Positions 1-12,775 of a stretch of DNA of 64,000 nucleotides are shown here, piece after piece. How positions within the stretch are numbered: position 1 is the first letter of the stretch; each line of letters begins with the position of its first letter. The DNA is from Octopus vulgaris. Its lineage: Eukaryota. Below the pieces are notes generated by a model that saw nothing but the letters and a program-made list of their open reading frames with translations, had not been told where the DNA came from and made no database searches. A program made the translations under genes and the position numbers. The stretch is taken from the NCBI GenBank assembly GCA_951406725.2, contig OX597820.1, positions 72,168,001 to 72,232,000 on the forward strand, given 5' to 3'.

Positions 1-140
1 ACGAAATCTACTCACAAGGCTTTGGTCGGCCTGAGGCTATAGTAGAAGACACTTGCCCAAGGTGCCATGCAGTGGGAATGAACCCAGAACCATGTGGTTG
101 GTAAGCAAGCTACTTACCACACAGCTACACCTGCACCTAT
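1..140 (-). mobile_element. tRNA-derived SINE family A, 5' part
   Basis: Reverse complement matches the head of the full copy at 46542-46952 (A-box-like and B-box-like motifs, ccttgggcaagtgtcttctactatagcc). Confidence 0.85.
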
Positions 141-459
141 ATGGAAACAAACTTTTTAACCATACAGCTACATATACACCTATAAACACTAGCTTTTATA
201 TGTTTAATTCATGCTTAAAAAGTGTCTGATTCAACCATTTTCCTTTCTCACGAGTTACTCATTTTGTACACTTCAGGTCATTCAAAATTATAACATTGAC
301 AATTTCAAATGTGAAAACTTTGCTAAATTATGATGAAAAAAACTACAATCTTAAAAAATATGAAATAATCTTTAGCTTTTTACATCCTAAGGTTAAGTGC
401 TATGAAATATTAGAGACCCAATGTGGCAGGTGAATATTGCTGGTGACATATATGTATAG

Positions 460-1095
460 AAAAAATACAAAATGGAACAAGAACACAAAACATCTGGACA
501 GTTAGGTAATACAAAAATGGGACAACAAAACATCCAGATAGATGATACAAAGAAAACAAGGACAGGTCATTCGAAGTTTTCTTTTCTCAGTTGAGTACCA
601 GATTATCTTTGCAATTTCTACTGATTATACTCGAGATTGCTCCAATCTGACAAGCCCCAAGGAAAAAACTAAGCTAAGAGTATTAGATTCCTTGAAAGAA
701 AGCAGCAAATGTATACAAAAACAAGGACGGGAAAAAACGGACAATGTTACACAAATACAATAAAAATAATAACAGGACATAACAACAGGTGTCTTTTGAC
801 TAAGGACGAATTAAATTAAGCTGGTGTGTGTGGAAATGAAGCCTTACAGCAGGTATACAAGATTTTACAAGCACATAGAGGAATATCGATGTTGCACGGA
901 TAACAGCCAGACCAAGAAAGAAAGATCAGGCTTGGCCGAACACCAGTCATGTGGGAAGAGAAGAGAGAGAAGTAGAAGCAGAGGGACAGAAGAATTAAGG
1001 AGGGGCAAGAAAAAATGACAGTGAAGTGAAAGTGGAGGGAAAGTGAGCTAGAAGAGAAGGCAAAGAAATGTGAGAGAGGGGGAATGAAAACACAC
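460..1095. repeat. Unclassified interspersed repeat, possibly PLE-derived
   Basis: The 460-560 end recurs in reverse complement at 37620-37720; no intact ORF. Confidence 0.45.
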
Positions 1096-1269
1096 ATACA
1101 TACAGATATACTTACATGGTATTCAACTAATATTTACTTGTCTAAATAATCGTATAACAAGTCAATTTCAAAATATTTCATTCATTAGAAATTCCTCATA
1201 TGATTATTCGTATTATTTTAAAAGGTTGGTTTTAAATAAAGATATTTGTATATACTCCAGGCAATAATT

Positions 1270-1600
1270 TAAGTAGAGAAGATGTGCATGGTTGCTTTCA
1301 TACAAAGGTTAGCATAGCCATCAGGATAACAACAGGTACATGGTATGAGTCCTGTGGGTGTTCCTGTGCACATTTTTCCAGCTGCTATGACTACCTCCTT
1401 GAACCTGATAATAATAGGAACTGAAGGTTGAACTGGGAAATAGCTGAAGTTCCTAGACACTGTTACCTCAACGTTGCTAATGTCGGAGATGGTGCTGATC
1501 TTGGAAGCATAGTAGTTCTGTTAGAACTCTTCATTTCTTGGGAGAACCTTAGCGAGATGACAAATGAGAGAAAGAGATGAAAAATATACTGAGCTGGTGG
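1270..1600 (-). mobile_element. Highly degenerate LINE ORF2 relic (region N-terminal to RT)
   Basis: Minus frame reads EEF*QNYYASKISTI...RFKEVVIAAGKMCTGTPTGLIP, resembling the F..YF..KI..I / EV..A..KM..G.D.IP pattern of CR1/L2-type ORF2; contains a stop. Confidence 0.3.
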
Positions 1601-1798
1601 AACTATGTTGAAACAATGGGTTAAGAGCAAGGTGTGATCCCAGTGAGATTGAATGCAAAGAGTTCAAAGGGCAGTCCCTCTCCAGAGTGTTTCTCTGTGT
1701 GTCTTTTTTATATATGTATGTGTGTACGTGTTAAGAAAAAATAATAAATGGATTCTCACATGAACAACAAATGAAGATTCAGAAAAATAAAGCAGTAG

Positions 1799-2095
1799 TC
1801 ATGTTCTATTGACACGCATGTTTCTCTTGAGGTCTGCTGGTGCCTTGAAAACCTTTTCACAAATGGAACAAGTTGAGGACTTGGTTTTCTCGAGTGCTTT
1901 TGGATCATTTATGTTTTCTTGAGTGGACAGCAAGGCCTGCTTTGTTTCATGCCACAAAACCACAATGACAGGTAGGCTTTCATTTAACAGAGCAGCATTT
2001 TGCCTGTGTGCCTTCATGCTTGCAGTCTACTTTGCTCAAATCTTTGAACTGAGGAGAAGCAGAATTGGCACCAGGTCCTGCGCTCTGATACTCTG
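1799..2095 (-). mobile_element. RTE-type LINE ORF2 C-terminus with two degenerate C2H2 fingers
   Basis: Fragments ERRTWCQFCFSSVQRFEQSRLQ, TCHCGFVA*NKAGLAVHSRKH and CSICEKVFKAPADLKRNMRV, separated by stops and frameshifts. Confidence 0.55.
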
Positions 2096-3069
2096 TTTTA
2101 CACACACATACACACACAATATTTAATGTCCATTTTCTATGCTGGCATGGATTGAACTGTTTGACAGGAGCTGACCAACTGAAGGGTGGTTCAGGCTCTA
2201 TGTCTGTTTTGGCATGGTTTCAACAGCTAGAGGCCCTTCCTAATGCCAACAAGTTCACAGTGTATAGGGTGATTTTATGCAGCACTGGCATTGGTGCTTT
2301 TTACATGGCACCAGCACCTACAAGCTCACAAGATTAGGGATGAATCTGTATGCAAAGGTAACCACACTTTTACTTAGCTTGTGTATATACATATATATAT
2401 ATATATATATACATACATATACATATGTAAATAAATATAACCCATGCTAGAATGGAAAACGGACGTTAAACGATGATGATATATATATATATATAAAATA
2501 TGAGAGAGATGGGGTAGAGAGATAGGAGGGCTGGGTGTGTCATTAGAGTATCAGATACAATATTACACAGTATTTTTGCAGCTCTGGGTGCTCTGAGTAA
2601 AACTTCTTACTTTGATCAACATGTCCTTTCATCCTTTCAAGGTGACAAATAGATGCTAGTCAGTTGCTAGCCATGCTTCTCTCTCTTGACTTCTGACATC
2701 CAATATGTAGATGAAGTTTGGGAGAATGGAGACATTGCATTCTATGTGACTGCTCGCTGCTGTGCAGACACTAAATCTCTTATTATTCATTAATAAAAGC
2801 TTGCTATACACTGATACCAAAGAGCATTTGATAGCAATTGACAGTATATCCCTGAAGGTTTTCTTTTGCAGCATTTCATCATTGTTTTCCAAAAGTGAAA
2901 TTTATCATTTGCAGTAATCTAAAGACAAACCTCACTTACTTCTCATTTTTCACAGATGATTGTTACTTAAAAGATATCTAATTTTCAAGAGAGCAACATT
3001 ATCTTATACCCCAATTGGCATGGCTTTTGCTGTGATTCAGACTCTGCTTTCGATTTGCTGGTAATAGAA

Positions 3070-3370
3070 TAATGTTCCAGTTGATTCGATCAATGGAACA
3101 GCCTGTTCATAAAATTAACATCCAAGTGGTTGAGCACTCCACAGATGCACATATCCTTATTATAGTTCTCAAGGAGATTCAGCATGACACAGAATATGAC
3201 AAGACTGGCCCCTTTTTAATTACAGGTACAACTCATTTTCCTCCAGCTGAAGGACGAGAGCATCATGAAACAAAATACCTTGCCTGACAACACAATGTTA
3301 CCAGGAATTGAACTTGTAACCTTATAATCGTGAACTGACTACCCTAATCACTAAGCCACACACCTTCACA
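3070..3370 (-). mobile_element. tRNA-derived SINE family C-like, degenerate
   Basis: aagtggttgagcactccacaga...gagattcagcatgacac is shared with 55620-55745; tRNA-like head in reverse near 3300-3365. Confidence 0.6.
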
Positions 3371-3419
3371 ATAGAATGCAGCATGGTATTTAAATAGTTA
3401 ATAGATTTGATTCAGATGG

Positions 3420-3800
3420 CAGTGTGAAGATGCTGGAGGTTGTGGTCAAACCCTGGCTGGAGAGGGTTGCTACTGAACGACATGTGTGGCTGCAGGATTT
3501 GGCTCCTTGCCATATCTCTAGAAATAGTCAGAAATGGTTGTCAGAAAATTCCTACCACTTCATCTGTCTCCCCATTTTCTGGCCTCCTAATTCCTCCAAT
3601 AGTAATCCCGTGTGTGAGGTATTGAGTGCTTTATCTGCAATACCAAGGCTGAGCAGGAAGACAAGATCGAGGAAATGTTTGAAGATCTTTCCAGGAACAC
3701 AGTAAAGAATGCATCCACCAGGTTCCAGAGTTGTCTTGAGGCTGTGGTGGAAGCTGAGGGTGGCTGTTTTGAGCTAACCGTTATCTCCCAGCCATAATAA
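3420..3800 (+). mobile_element. maT-like (DD37D) transposase relic, C-terminal part
   Basis: WLQDLAPCHISRNSQKWLSEN...FWPPNSSNSNP, similar to the DD37D copy at 24111-24296. Confidence 0.75.
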
Positions 3801-4661
3801 AGTTGATTTTATTTTTAAATGGGATACTGTTTTCTTTTCCTTTTATGTAAACTGTCAAATGTAGCCTGAACACTCTGTATGAATCTCCATAGGTATTTAT
3901 GCAAGTTTCATGTGAGAGATTGACAGAAACTGAGAGCCAGATCAATATGTCTGTATGCAAGTATACAAATATATACATCTCTTCATACACTTCTATGTCT
4001 ATATACATATATATACATATCTCTTAAAATGTATCGATGTGTGTGTGTGTGCATGCATGCATATGTATGTGTATGAGCATGCATGTAATCGATTGGTCAA
4101 TAGTCCAATTTGGAAGAACTATATTTAGATGGTTCTCGTTTGTTTAAACTATGCACTAACAAAAAGTTTAGTCTTTTTTTTTTACTTCCAGCAATTTTAT
4201 TAAATTAAAAAAAAACTAATTAGTTTCAAAATGCAGACATCAAAATAAATTTATAGTGTGAGCTTTTATATTTGCCATGGGTTGACTGTTAAATTCTTTG
4301 ATCAGCCAAAACTCCTTGGGGACTGGAAACTCTTTTGAAAACCCAAGAACTTCTTGAAATTTCTTCAATAATCAGAATATTTCTTTACCAGAAAAAAAAA
4401 AGAATTCCATTTGCTTCCTTTTTCTTCTCCCCTTACTTTCAATGATTTCTTTCAAAAATATCTTGGCCCAACATCCATCTTTACTGAGACCTAACATCTA
4501 TTTTGAAATTTTACATTTCATATTCTTCCAATTTACTCACTGTATTTCACTCATTTTATCTTTTCCTCATTGTACCCTGACTAATCTCATACATTTTCTT
4601 TCCTATTCTATCTTATCCTCTTAAGTAAATGTCACAGCATTTTCAAACTGAGACAAGCTTG

Positions 4662-4694
<33 letters not shown>

Positions 4695-4889
4695 TAGATA
4701 GATATCAAAAAGATGTGTTATAACAATATTCCACAGCCATACCAACAATCCAATAATACTATTCCACAAATACAAACACAGCCATAACAACAATCCAACA
4801 TACCTCCATCATCAGCTGCCCCTCAGATATCATTATGCTTTCGACACCTAGGCAGTACCATTCAATCTAGCAGTGTCAACAGCACTAAA

Positions 4890-5683
4890 ATAAGAGTTGT
4901 TTGGGAACAAACAAACCAAGGAGCAGTTAGGCACCGTCTGTAAGAAAAGCAGCTCCATGATGCAATTCACTCTGCCAGAAATTTGGAAACGACATGCTGT
5001 ACTGCTTGGCATTCATGCCGGAAGCTCCAATATGAACAGATGATGAACACTCAGAACAACTGTTGGCTTACCATGTCCCCAAAACATGTAGAGAGTGATA
5101 CAAATCAAGCATCATGGTGTTTGAAGTAATCTCTAGTGATAGCGATGTTTCGCCTCCTTCATCTTATCACAATGCCTCGTACTCAACACGGAGGCCTACA
5201 TCAGGTACATGGAGGAAGTAGTGTTGCCCTGGGTCAAGTGGGCAACTGCTGGAAGACCCTATATCCGGCAACAAGACTCTGCAGCATGCCACACAAGCAG
5301 GAGAACCCAGTCATAGCTGTCAGACAATTTATGTAACCACATCACCCCCAACATCTGGCCACCTAACTCTCCAGACTGCAATCTCCTTGGTTATGTGTGG
5401 AGTGCAGTTGAGTGAGAGACTAACAAAACTCCTTGTAACACCAAAGATGAACTGAAAGCAAGGGTTATGGCAGCATTCACCAACTTAAACAAGGAGACTC
5501 ATCCAGAAGAGTTGCTGGAGAGTCTGAAGTCATGTGGAGGCTGTGGTTGAAGCCAATGGCGATTTTTATTGAATAAATTTACTCCTTAGTATTTTGAGAT
5601 ATTTTTATGTAATTTTATATAATGTCAGTGTTATTTTCATTTTTGCATAATTTAGATGACAATATAGTCACCACACACCCTAT
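4890..5683 (+). mobile_element. maT (DD37D) transposon, internally deleted
   Basis: Encodes frameshifted QQDS...HITPNIWPPNSPDCNLL; its 3' end matches the reverse complement of 23840-24300. Confidence 0.8.
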
Positions 5684-5684
5684 A

Positions 5685-6735
5685 TCTAGGTGTGGAAGCA
5701 AGGTCTAGAATAGAAGGGTCTTAGTCAATCTAGTAAATAGGAAAGCAGATAAATCACAAATCCCTTCAGGTAGATGGCCCTGCTCGATTTGTAGAAAAGG
5801 AGTAGGTAGAAACTCCATAAGAGGTATCCAGTATAAACTATGAACACAGAATAGATACAGCAATATCAAAGGAAGGTTAACTGGGAAAATAGTTTTTGTG
5901 TGTGGCAGATGCACAGGGGCAATAAACACCGAAGATGTACAGAAAACAGATACCATCACATGTCAGGGGGAAAACTAGAAATAGTTGATAGCTTCTGTTA
6001 TGTAGGTGACCAAGTCAGTAATTCTGAGTAGCTCTGGATGCTCTGAGAACATAGATGCTAGAATAAGAATAGCCTGGTCAAAGTTCAGATAGCCTCTACC
6101 TCTGCTGGTTACAAAGGACCTCTCGCTCAGAGCTAGTATGCTCCATTGGATGTGTAATATCAATGCACATACACAACAGAATGTAAGCACTCTGAGAGGA
6201 AAGTTGGACATAAAAAGCATAAGATGTAGTGTGCAAGACAAACAACTGTGTTGGCATGGTCATGTGTTGCATATGGATGAGGACAGCTGTGTGAAGAAAA
6301 GTCACACCCTAACAATGAAGGGAACTTGTGGAAGAGGTAGACCCAGGAAGATCTGGGATTAAGTGGTGAAGTATGACCTTTGAACGTTGGGCCTCACAGA
6401 GGCAATGACAAGTAACTGAGACCTTTGGAGATATGCTGTGCTTGAGAAGACCTGGCCAATGCCAGTGCTGCATAACTGGAGCATTTAAAACTACCCTTCA
6501 ATTGTTGGACAATATGCTGTTGAGTCAAGTGAAATCGTAGTCCTGGCTGATGCCAATGCCACCCCATTGGCCCCCATGCCGATGGCACATAAAATGTACC
6601 CACTACACTCTTGGACTGGTTGGCATTAGGAAGGTTGTCCAGTTGTAGAAACCTTGCTAGATCAGATTGGAGCCTGGTGCAGTCACCTGGCTTTCCAGTC
6701 CTCATTCAAGCCATCTAACCCATGCCAGCATGGAA
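5685..6735 (+). mobile_element. RTE LINE, 5'-truncated, with internal deletion
   Basis: RWPCSICRKGVGRNS..., LCWHGHVLHMDEDSCVKK...GRGRPRKIW; ends aaccatgccagcatggaaagcagacgttaaa plus (GAT)n tail. Confidence 0.85.
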
Positions 6736-6769
6736 AGCAGACGTTAAACAATGATGATGATGATTATAT

Positions 6770-7060
6770 ATAGGTGCAGGAGTGGCTGTGTGGTATGTAG
6801 CTTGCTTACCAGCCACATGGTTCCAGATTCAGTTCCACTGTGTGACACCTTAGGCAAGTGTCTTCTATAGCCTCCTGCCAACCAAAGCTTGACAACTGAT
6901 GTTTGCATGTCTACATCCCTGTAACTTAGCAGTTCAGCAAAAGAGACAGATAGAATAAGTACCAGGCTTACAAAGAAGAAGTCCTGCAGTCGATTTGTTC
7001 CACTAAAAGGTGGTGCTCCAGCATAGCTGCAGTTAAATGACTGAAACAAGTAAAAGATTA
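6770..7060 (+). mobile_element. SINE family A with central deletion
   Basis: Head joined directly to the 3' body; compare 46542-46952. Confidence 0.8.
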
Positions 7061-7474
7061 TATATATATATTTGTGTGTGTGTGTATGAGGGCATTTATG
7101 TGGATGAACAAATTATTAAATATAAGAGCTTGAGTTTGATATACAATATACACGCGCGCATACACATACATATACACATATAGACACACACACACACAAA
7201 CAAGTACATACATACACTGACCATTCTTCTACGCACATGGGTAGGTAGACAGAAGAGCCACTCCTACTATCATTCTTCCTATGACCTTAAACGATACTAA
7301 ACCCAACCATACACACAGACACATGTGCTGTTATTACACACACATACACACACACAGACCTGCATGCACGCACATATCCATACATACACACACATACCTC
7401 CTTCTCTTGCACTCTCCTGTCTTTGAAAGAACTTTTTCTTCAACTATTCCCTTCCAGTCATTCAATATGTGACT

Positions 7475-7680
7475 GTGTGTTTATCCTTGGCGATTTTTTT
7501 TTTTTTTTCCTCCGTCTTCCCTTCCTTCAATCTTTCCTTTACGTATGTTTCTTATGAAGAGCTCCACTTGAAACGTTAAATCGTCCTTCTTTCTTTTCTT
7601 TCCTGAGCATCCAATAACACTATACTTGTTCCACGTCCTCACGTTGTTTTCTCTTTGTTTTCATGTTTGGATTAACTTTA
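7475..7680 (+). mobile_element. PLE pseudo-LTR-like fragment with degenerate minimal hammerhead motif (7547-7581)
   Basis: gttt-CTTATGA-agagctccactt-GAAAC-GTT-aaat; G5 position is mutated. Confidence 0.55.
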
Positions 7681-7839
7681 TATATATATATATATATATA
7701 TAATTTGTACATTTGCCAAAATAGATTGTAACATGGTGCACCTGCTACCTCCGGCTTACCAGTTTCCAGTCAAACTATCCAACCCATGCCAGTATAGAAA
7801 GTGGACATTAAATGATGATGATGATGTATACATGTTAAC

Positions 7840-8360
7840 AGAAAGAAAGCTAAGACAAAAGACTTTCAGATGATGAGTATTTAAGTATAAATGTATAGGT
7901 ATCTATGCATTAATAGATCAAACTTACACAGGATACAAATTAAAGGTTAGGAGGTAAGTTGTAATAACCCCAACAGCTGTTTCTAGGGGTTCATAAATAC
8001 ATCATAATATTGGTAGATGTAGTTCATGAAAATATGCAGTCAGTAATGGAAGCAAATAAACATTGTATAAATCGAGCCTCCGTCATCAGGGTAGAAAGAA
8101 ATCTTGCATTTCAAATCATGATGCAGAGACTCAGTTTATTGGATGTGTATTCGCTTCCATTACTAGCTACAAATTTTTGATCTACATCTACCAACATTAT
8201 GAGGGATCTCCAAGCCCTCAGAAACACCTTACCTCTTTCACTTTAATTTTCTCTGTCGTTTCTACTCTGTAAGTTTGTTCTATTGATATATAAACATCTG
8301 TACATTTATACTTAAATATTCATCATCTAAATGTCTTTAGTTTTTGCTTTCTTTTACTTT
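7840..8360. repeat. Head-to-head inverted repeat of two diverged PLE pLTR-like copies
   Basis: 7840-8092 is the diverged reverse complement of 8115-8360; the left copy carries CTGATGA...GAAAC-AGCT-GTT on the minus strand. Confidence 0.75.
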
Positions 8361-8582
8361 GTATTTATACACATATATATTTTGTATACCAAACCTAACC
8401 TGTTATATTTAATTTGTTTATCGACATGACTGCATCCATATCTACTCACCTGAATTCCTCTTTTAGCCACTCTTTACTCTGCAGAATTGATCCCTTGTAA
8501 AAACGCCAGAGTCTATGTTTGAATCATCTGAGCATTACTAAGTGTTTTCCATACCAAGAATCTCTGGGTCCCATCTGTTGAC

Positions 8583-10230
8583 CATCATCATCATTCAATG
8601 TCCGTTTTCCATGCTGGCATAGGTTGGAGGATTTGACTGAGGACTGGCAAGCCAGTAGGCTGCACCAGGCTGCAATCTGATCTGGCAATGTCTCTATAGT
8701 TGGATGCCCTTCCTAACGCCAACAAAGAGTGTGATGGGTGCTTTTTACGTGCCACTGGCACAGGAGCTAGTTGAGCAGGCCTGGCATTGATCACATTCAC
8801 ATGGTGCTTTTTACAAACTACCAGCACGGGAGCCAGTCAGGTGGCCCTGGCATCAATCACGCCCAGATAATGCTTTTTACAAACCACCAGCACGGGAGCC
8901 AGTCAGGTGGCCCTGGCATCGGCCATGTTTGGATGCTGCTTTTTATATGCCACCAGCATGCAAGCCAGTCAAACAGATCAGTCATTGACCATGTTCGAAT
9001 GGTGCTGTTTACATACCACTGGCACAGGAGCCAGTCAGGGGGCACTGGCATCGACCACATTTGGATGATGCATTTTATGTGCCACCGGAATGGGAGCCAG
9101 TCAGGGTGCACTGGCTATAGCTACGATTTTGGTTTTACTCGACTCAACAGGTCTTCTCAAGCATATCATATTGCCTGACATATCAAGGGTACTTTTAAAT
9201 GCTGGACATGCAACACTGGCATCAGCCAAGGCTGCAATCTCATTTTAGTTGCTGGGTCTTCTCAATCACAGCATATCTCCAAAGGTCTCGGTCTCCTGCC
9301 ATTGCCTCTGTGAGGCCCAGTGTTCAAAGGTCATGCTTTACCACCTCATCCCATGTCTTCCTGAGTCTACCTCTTCCACAGGGTGTGGCACTTCCTCACA
9401 CAGCTGTCCTCACCCATACATAACACATGACCATACCAGTGCATTACTCTCTCTTGCACACCACATTTGATGCTTCTTAAGTCCTACTTTTCTCTCAGGG
9501 CACTCACACTCTGTTGTGTATACACACTGACATTACACGTCCAGCAGATCTTACTAGCTTCATTTCTTACAAGCTTACGCATGTCCTCAGCAGTCATGGC
9601 CCAATGTTTCACTGCTGTGTTGCATGGCAGTTCACACAAATACATCATACAGTTTACCTTTCATCCTGAACAAGAAACCCTTAGTTGCCAGGAGAGGTAG
9701 GAGCTCCCTGAACTTTGCCCAGGCTATTCTAGCCACTACACTCTCAGAGCAACCACCTCCACTACAGACTTGGTCACCTAGGTAGGAGAAGTTATCAACT
9801 ACTTCTAGTTTTCCCCTGTGGCATGTGATTGGATTTGTTTTCTGTATATCTTCAGTGTTTATTGCTTCTGTGCATCTGCCACACACAAAATCTATTTTCC
9901 TGGTTAACCTTCCTTTGATATTGCTGCACATTTTATGCATTCATAGCATACACTGAGTACATCATATGGAGTTTCTACCCACACCTTTTCTACAGATAAA
10001 ACAGGGCCATCTAATTGCAAGAGTGTGTGATTTGTCAACCTTCCTATTTACTAGGACTTTCGGTTTTTTTAGGTTAACGCTAAGGCCTTTCGATTCGAGA
10101 CCTTGCTTCCACACCCTAAACTTCATCTCTAGTACTGGCAGTGACTTGGCTATTAAAGCAAGATCATCAGTACATAGGAGATCCTAGGGGCAGCCTGTCT
10201 TGAATTCCTGTTATTGCCTAGAGGGCTATG
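8583..10230 (-). mobile_element. RTE LINE, 5'-truncated, frameshifted
   Basis: LLYTDDLAL RT motif near 10155-10182, Cys-rich finger, LEVVDNFSYLGD...AWAKFRELLPLL, 3' UTR and (GAT)n tail. Confidence 0.9.
8737..9130. repeat. 66-bp minisatellite (about 6 units) inside the RTE 3' UTR
   Basis: Units begin ggtgctttttac...gagccagtcag...ctggcat; the 22-aa periodicity of ORF 8771-9178 reflects the 66-nt unit. Confidence 0.85.
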
Positions 10231-10413
10231 ATATATATATATATATATATATAAAGATATATAGATCTTATAGTCGTATTATATATATATATATATATAA
10301 CATATATAAAGATATATAGATGGCGTCACGCTATATATATATATAATATCAGAACAAGATATATAGATGGCTATTATATATATATATATATATACAACCC
10401 GAGCAAGATATAT

Positions 10414-10462
<49 letters not shown>

Positions 10463-10571
10463 TGGCCTACTCATCTAGCCAGTGGTGTCATTTGAAGGCT
10501 AAAACAATGCGAAGCGCATTGTGACCAGCGATGTGTAGCAACATCTGATAGCCTGGTCAGTCATGTGATTA

Positions 10572-10675
<104 letters not shown>

Positions 10676-10793
10676 TCTGTCTGTCAATTTGTCAGTCTAT
10701 ATATATATATATCTAGCTAGCTAGCTTTATATATATATATATGTATATGTATATATGTTCCAGCTTCTCATCATACCTTCCATCAGCTTATCC

Positions 10794-11746
10794 TTTCTCC
10801 ACTTATTCCACTTTTCTCTTAATCAAGTGAACATCGTTGCTACGTTTTCGATTTATTCATGTGCATCATCAAATACGTTTGTCTATGTTTGTTTATGTAT
10901 CCATGTGTAAGCTTAATGTGTCTGTCAACTTCTAAGTATATGTTGTTGTGTGTATGGGAGCATATGTATGTATGTGTATGGATACGTATATGTGAAAATA
11001 TAATCTATAGATATATATACCTGTGTATGTATATGCATACGTACAAATATACATACATAATCAATAGATACAGATGGTACGTATATAATATATTCATGTA
11101 ATTTGTCAGGTGTATTTACTTATATAAAAATACACATCTGTGTGTGTGTGTGTGTGCATATATGTATGTATAAATGTATGTTATGTAGGTATTTATATAC
11201 ACACATACACACACATATACACATGTGTGCATGCATACATGTATGTATACACACACATTTACATATATGTATGTATACACATACACATTTATATATATAT
11301 GTATACACACACACATTTATATATATATGTATACACACACACATTTACTTATATATGTATACACACACACATTTACATATATGTGTATGTATACACACAC
11401 ATTTACATATATGTATATGTATTTATATGTATATGTATTTATACATATATGTATTTATACATATATGTATATGTATTTATACACTCACACATATTTACAT
11501 ATATATATATATATATTTATATACACACACACTCACATTTATATATATAGATGTATGTATACACACACACATATGTAATGTATGTATGTATACACATATA
11601 TATGTGTGTGTACAGATAGTCAGGCACTTACACATAGGCACATAAGCAAACATAGACAAACGTATTTGATGATACACATGAATAAATCGAAAACTCAGTA
11701 ACGATGTTCGCTTAATTAGGAGAACTATGAAATAAACTTGGAGAAA
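10794..11746. repeat. About 120-bp inverted repeat arms flanking a TA/CA/TG compound microsatellite
   Basis: 10794-10911 is the reverse complement of 11627-11746 (catcaaatacgtttgtctatgtttg vs caaacatagacaaacgtatttgatg). Confidence 0.8.
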
Positions 11747-12204
11747 AAGTAAAAACTTAGTGAGCATACAATATGAAAAAGTTGGATTAAGTGAAATAAA
11801 GTGAGTTACAAGTGAATATATAAAATACAGTAATAGATATGATTTTCATAACGATGTATGTGGGCAAGAAGTTATTAATGAGAAATCATTGAACCCTTAG
11901 AAGAGATAAGGAGGACGATGATGGGAATCTGGGAATCATGAAACGTTTAAAGAAATATATGAATTTGTGAAGAAATTTCAAAGAATTTCTTACATTTTCA
12001 AAGGAGTTTTAAATTCTCATTGAGGATTTTTCTCTTATCGAAAATTTTTGAAGTCATCTTCAGTTTCTCAACATAATTTATTTTGATGCTTGAATTTCAA
12101 AATTGATTTGTTTTTCCAATTTTATATGAAATAAATAGAAGTATCAGAACACATGGTTTGTGTTATGCATAAATTCCACCAAGCAAAAACTATTTTAATG
12201 TCTT

Positions 12205-12775
12205 TTAATATTTGTTCCAGTCATTAGACTGCGGCGATGCTGGGGCACTACCTTGAAGAATTTTTAGTCGAATGGAGTGAGCCCAGTATTTATCTATTAT
12301 CATTAAGCTTGGTTCTTATTCTGTCAGTCTCTTTTGCCAAACTACTAAGTTGCAGGGATGTAAATGCACCACCACTGGTTGTCAAGCAGTGGCAGTAGGG
12401 AGGAACGCCAGATATGGAGACATGCACACACACACACACACATACACACACATGTATTGGAGTGGTTAGCATTAGGAAGGGTATCCAGCTGTAGAAACAT
12501 TGCCAGATCAGAATGGAGCCTGGTGCAACTGCTGACTCTCCAGACCTCCGTCAAACTGTCCAACCCATGCCAGTATGGAAAACGGACGTTAAACGATGAT
12601 ATATATATGACAGACTTCTTTTAAGCTTCCATCTACCAAATCCACTCACAAGGCTTTGGCTGGCCCAAGGCTATGGTAGAAGACACTTGCCCAAGGTTCC
12701 AGATAGTGGGACTGAACACAGAATCATTTGGTTGGGAAGCAAGCTCTTTACCACACAACCACACCTACACCTATA
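12205..12775 (-). mobile_element. SINE family A with an RTE 3' tail (12455-12600, +) in its internal microsatellite
   Basis: SINE A body and head flank an oppositely oriented RTE tail ending ggacgttaaacgatgat. Confidence 0.75.

Noticed and set aside
565-600. CTGAGAA-hairpin-GAAT on the minus strand as a hammerhead
   Set aside because: Two core mismatches and no NUH or stem I.
2940-3058. Possible minus-strand exon (ccag acceptor, gtaagtgag donor)
   Set aside because: All three frames contain stops; a non-coding exon cannot be supported without RNA data.
8737-9178. CRISPR-like array or 22-aa repeat protein
   Set aside because: Whole units are homologous with no unique spacers, there are no cas genes, and the array lies in a LINE 3' UTR; the ORF is a by-product of a 66-nt unit.
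10230-10460. (TA)n tract interrupted by short random segments, resembling repeat-spacer structure
   Set aside because: Irregular spacing; more likely long-read or consensus error in AT microsatellite. Needs read-level checking.
11103-11645. Longest ORFs (up to 180 aa), and similar ORFs at 32298-32668, 39262-39607, 42508-43071 and 59520-59767
   Set aside because: Translations of stop-free microsatellites.
11660-11706. TTGATGA...GAAAA...GTA hammerhead-like spacing
   Set aside because: No stem II pairing in either arm.
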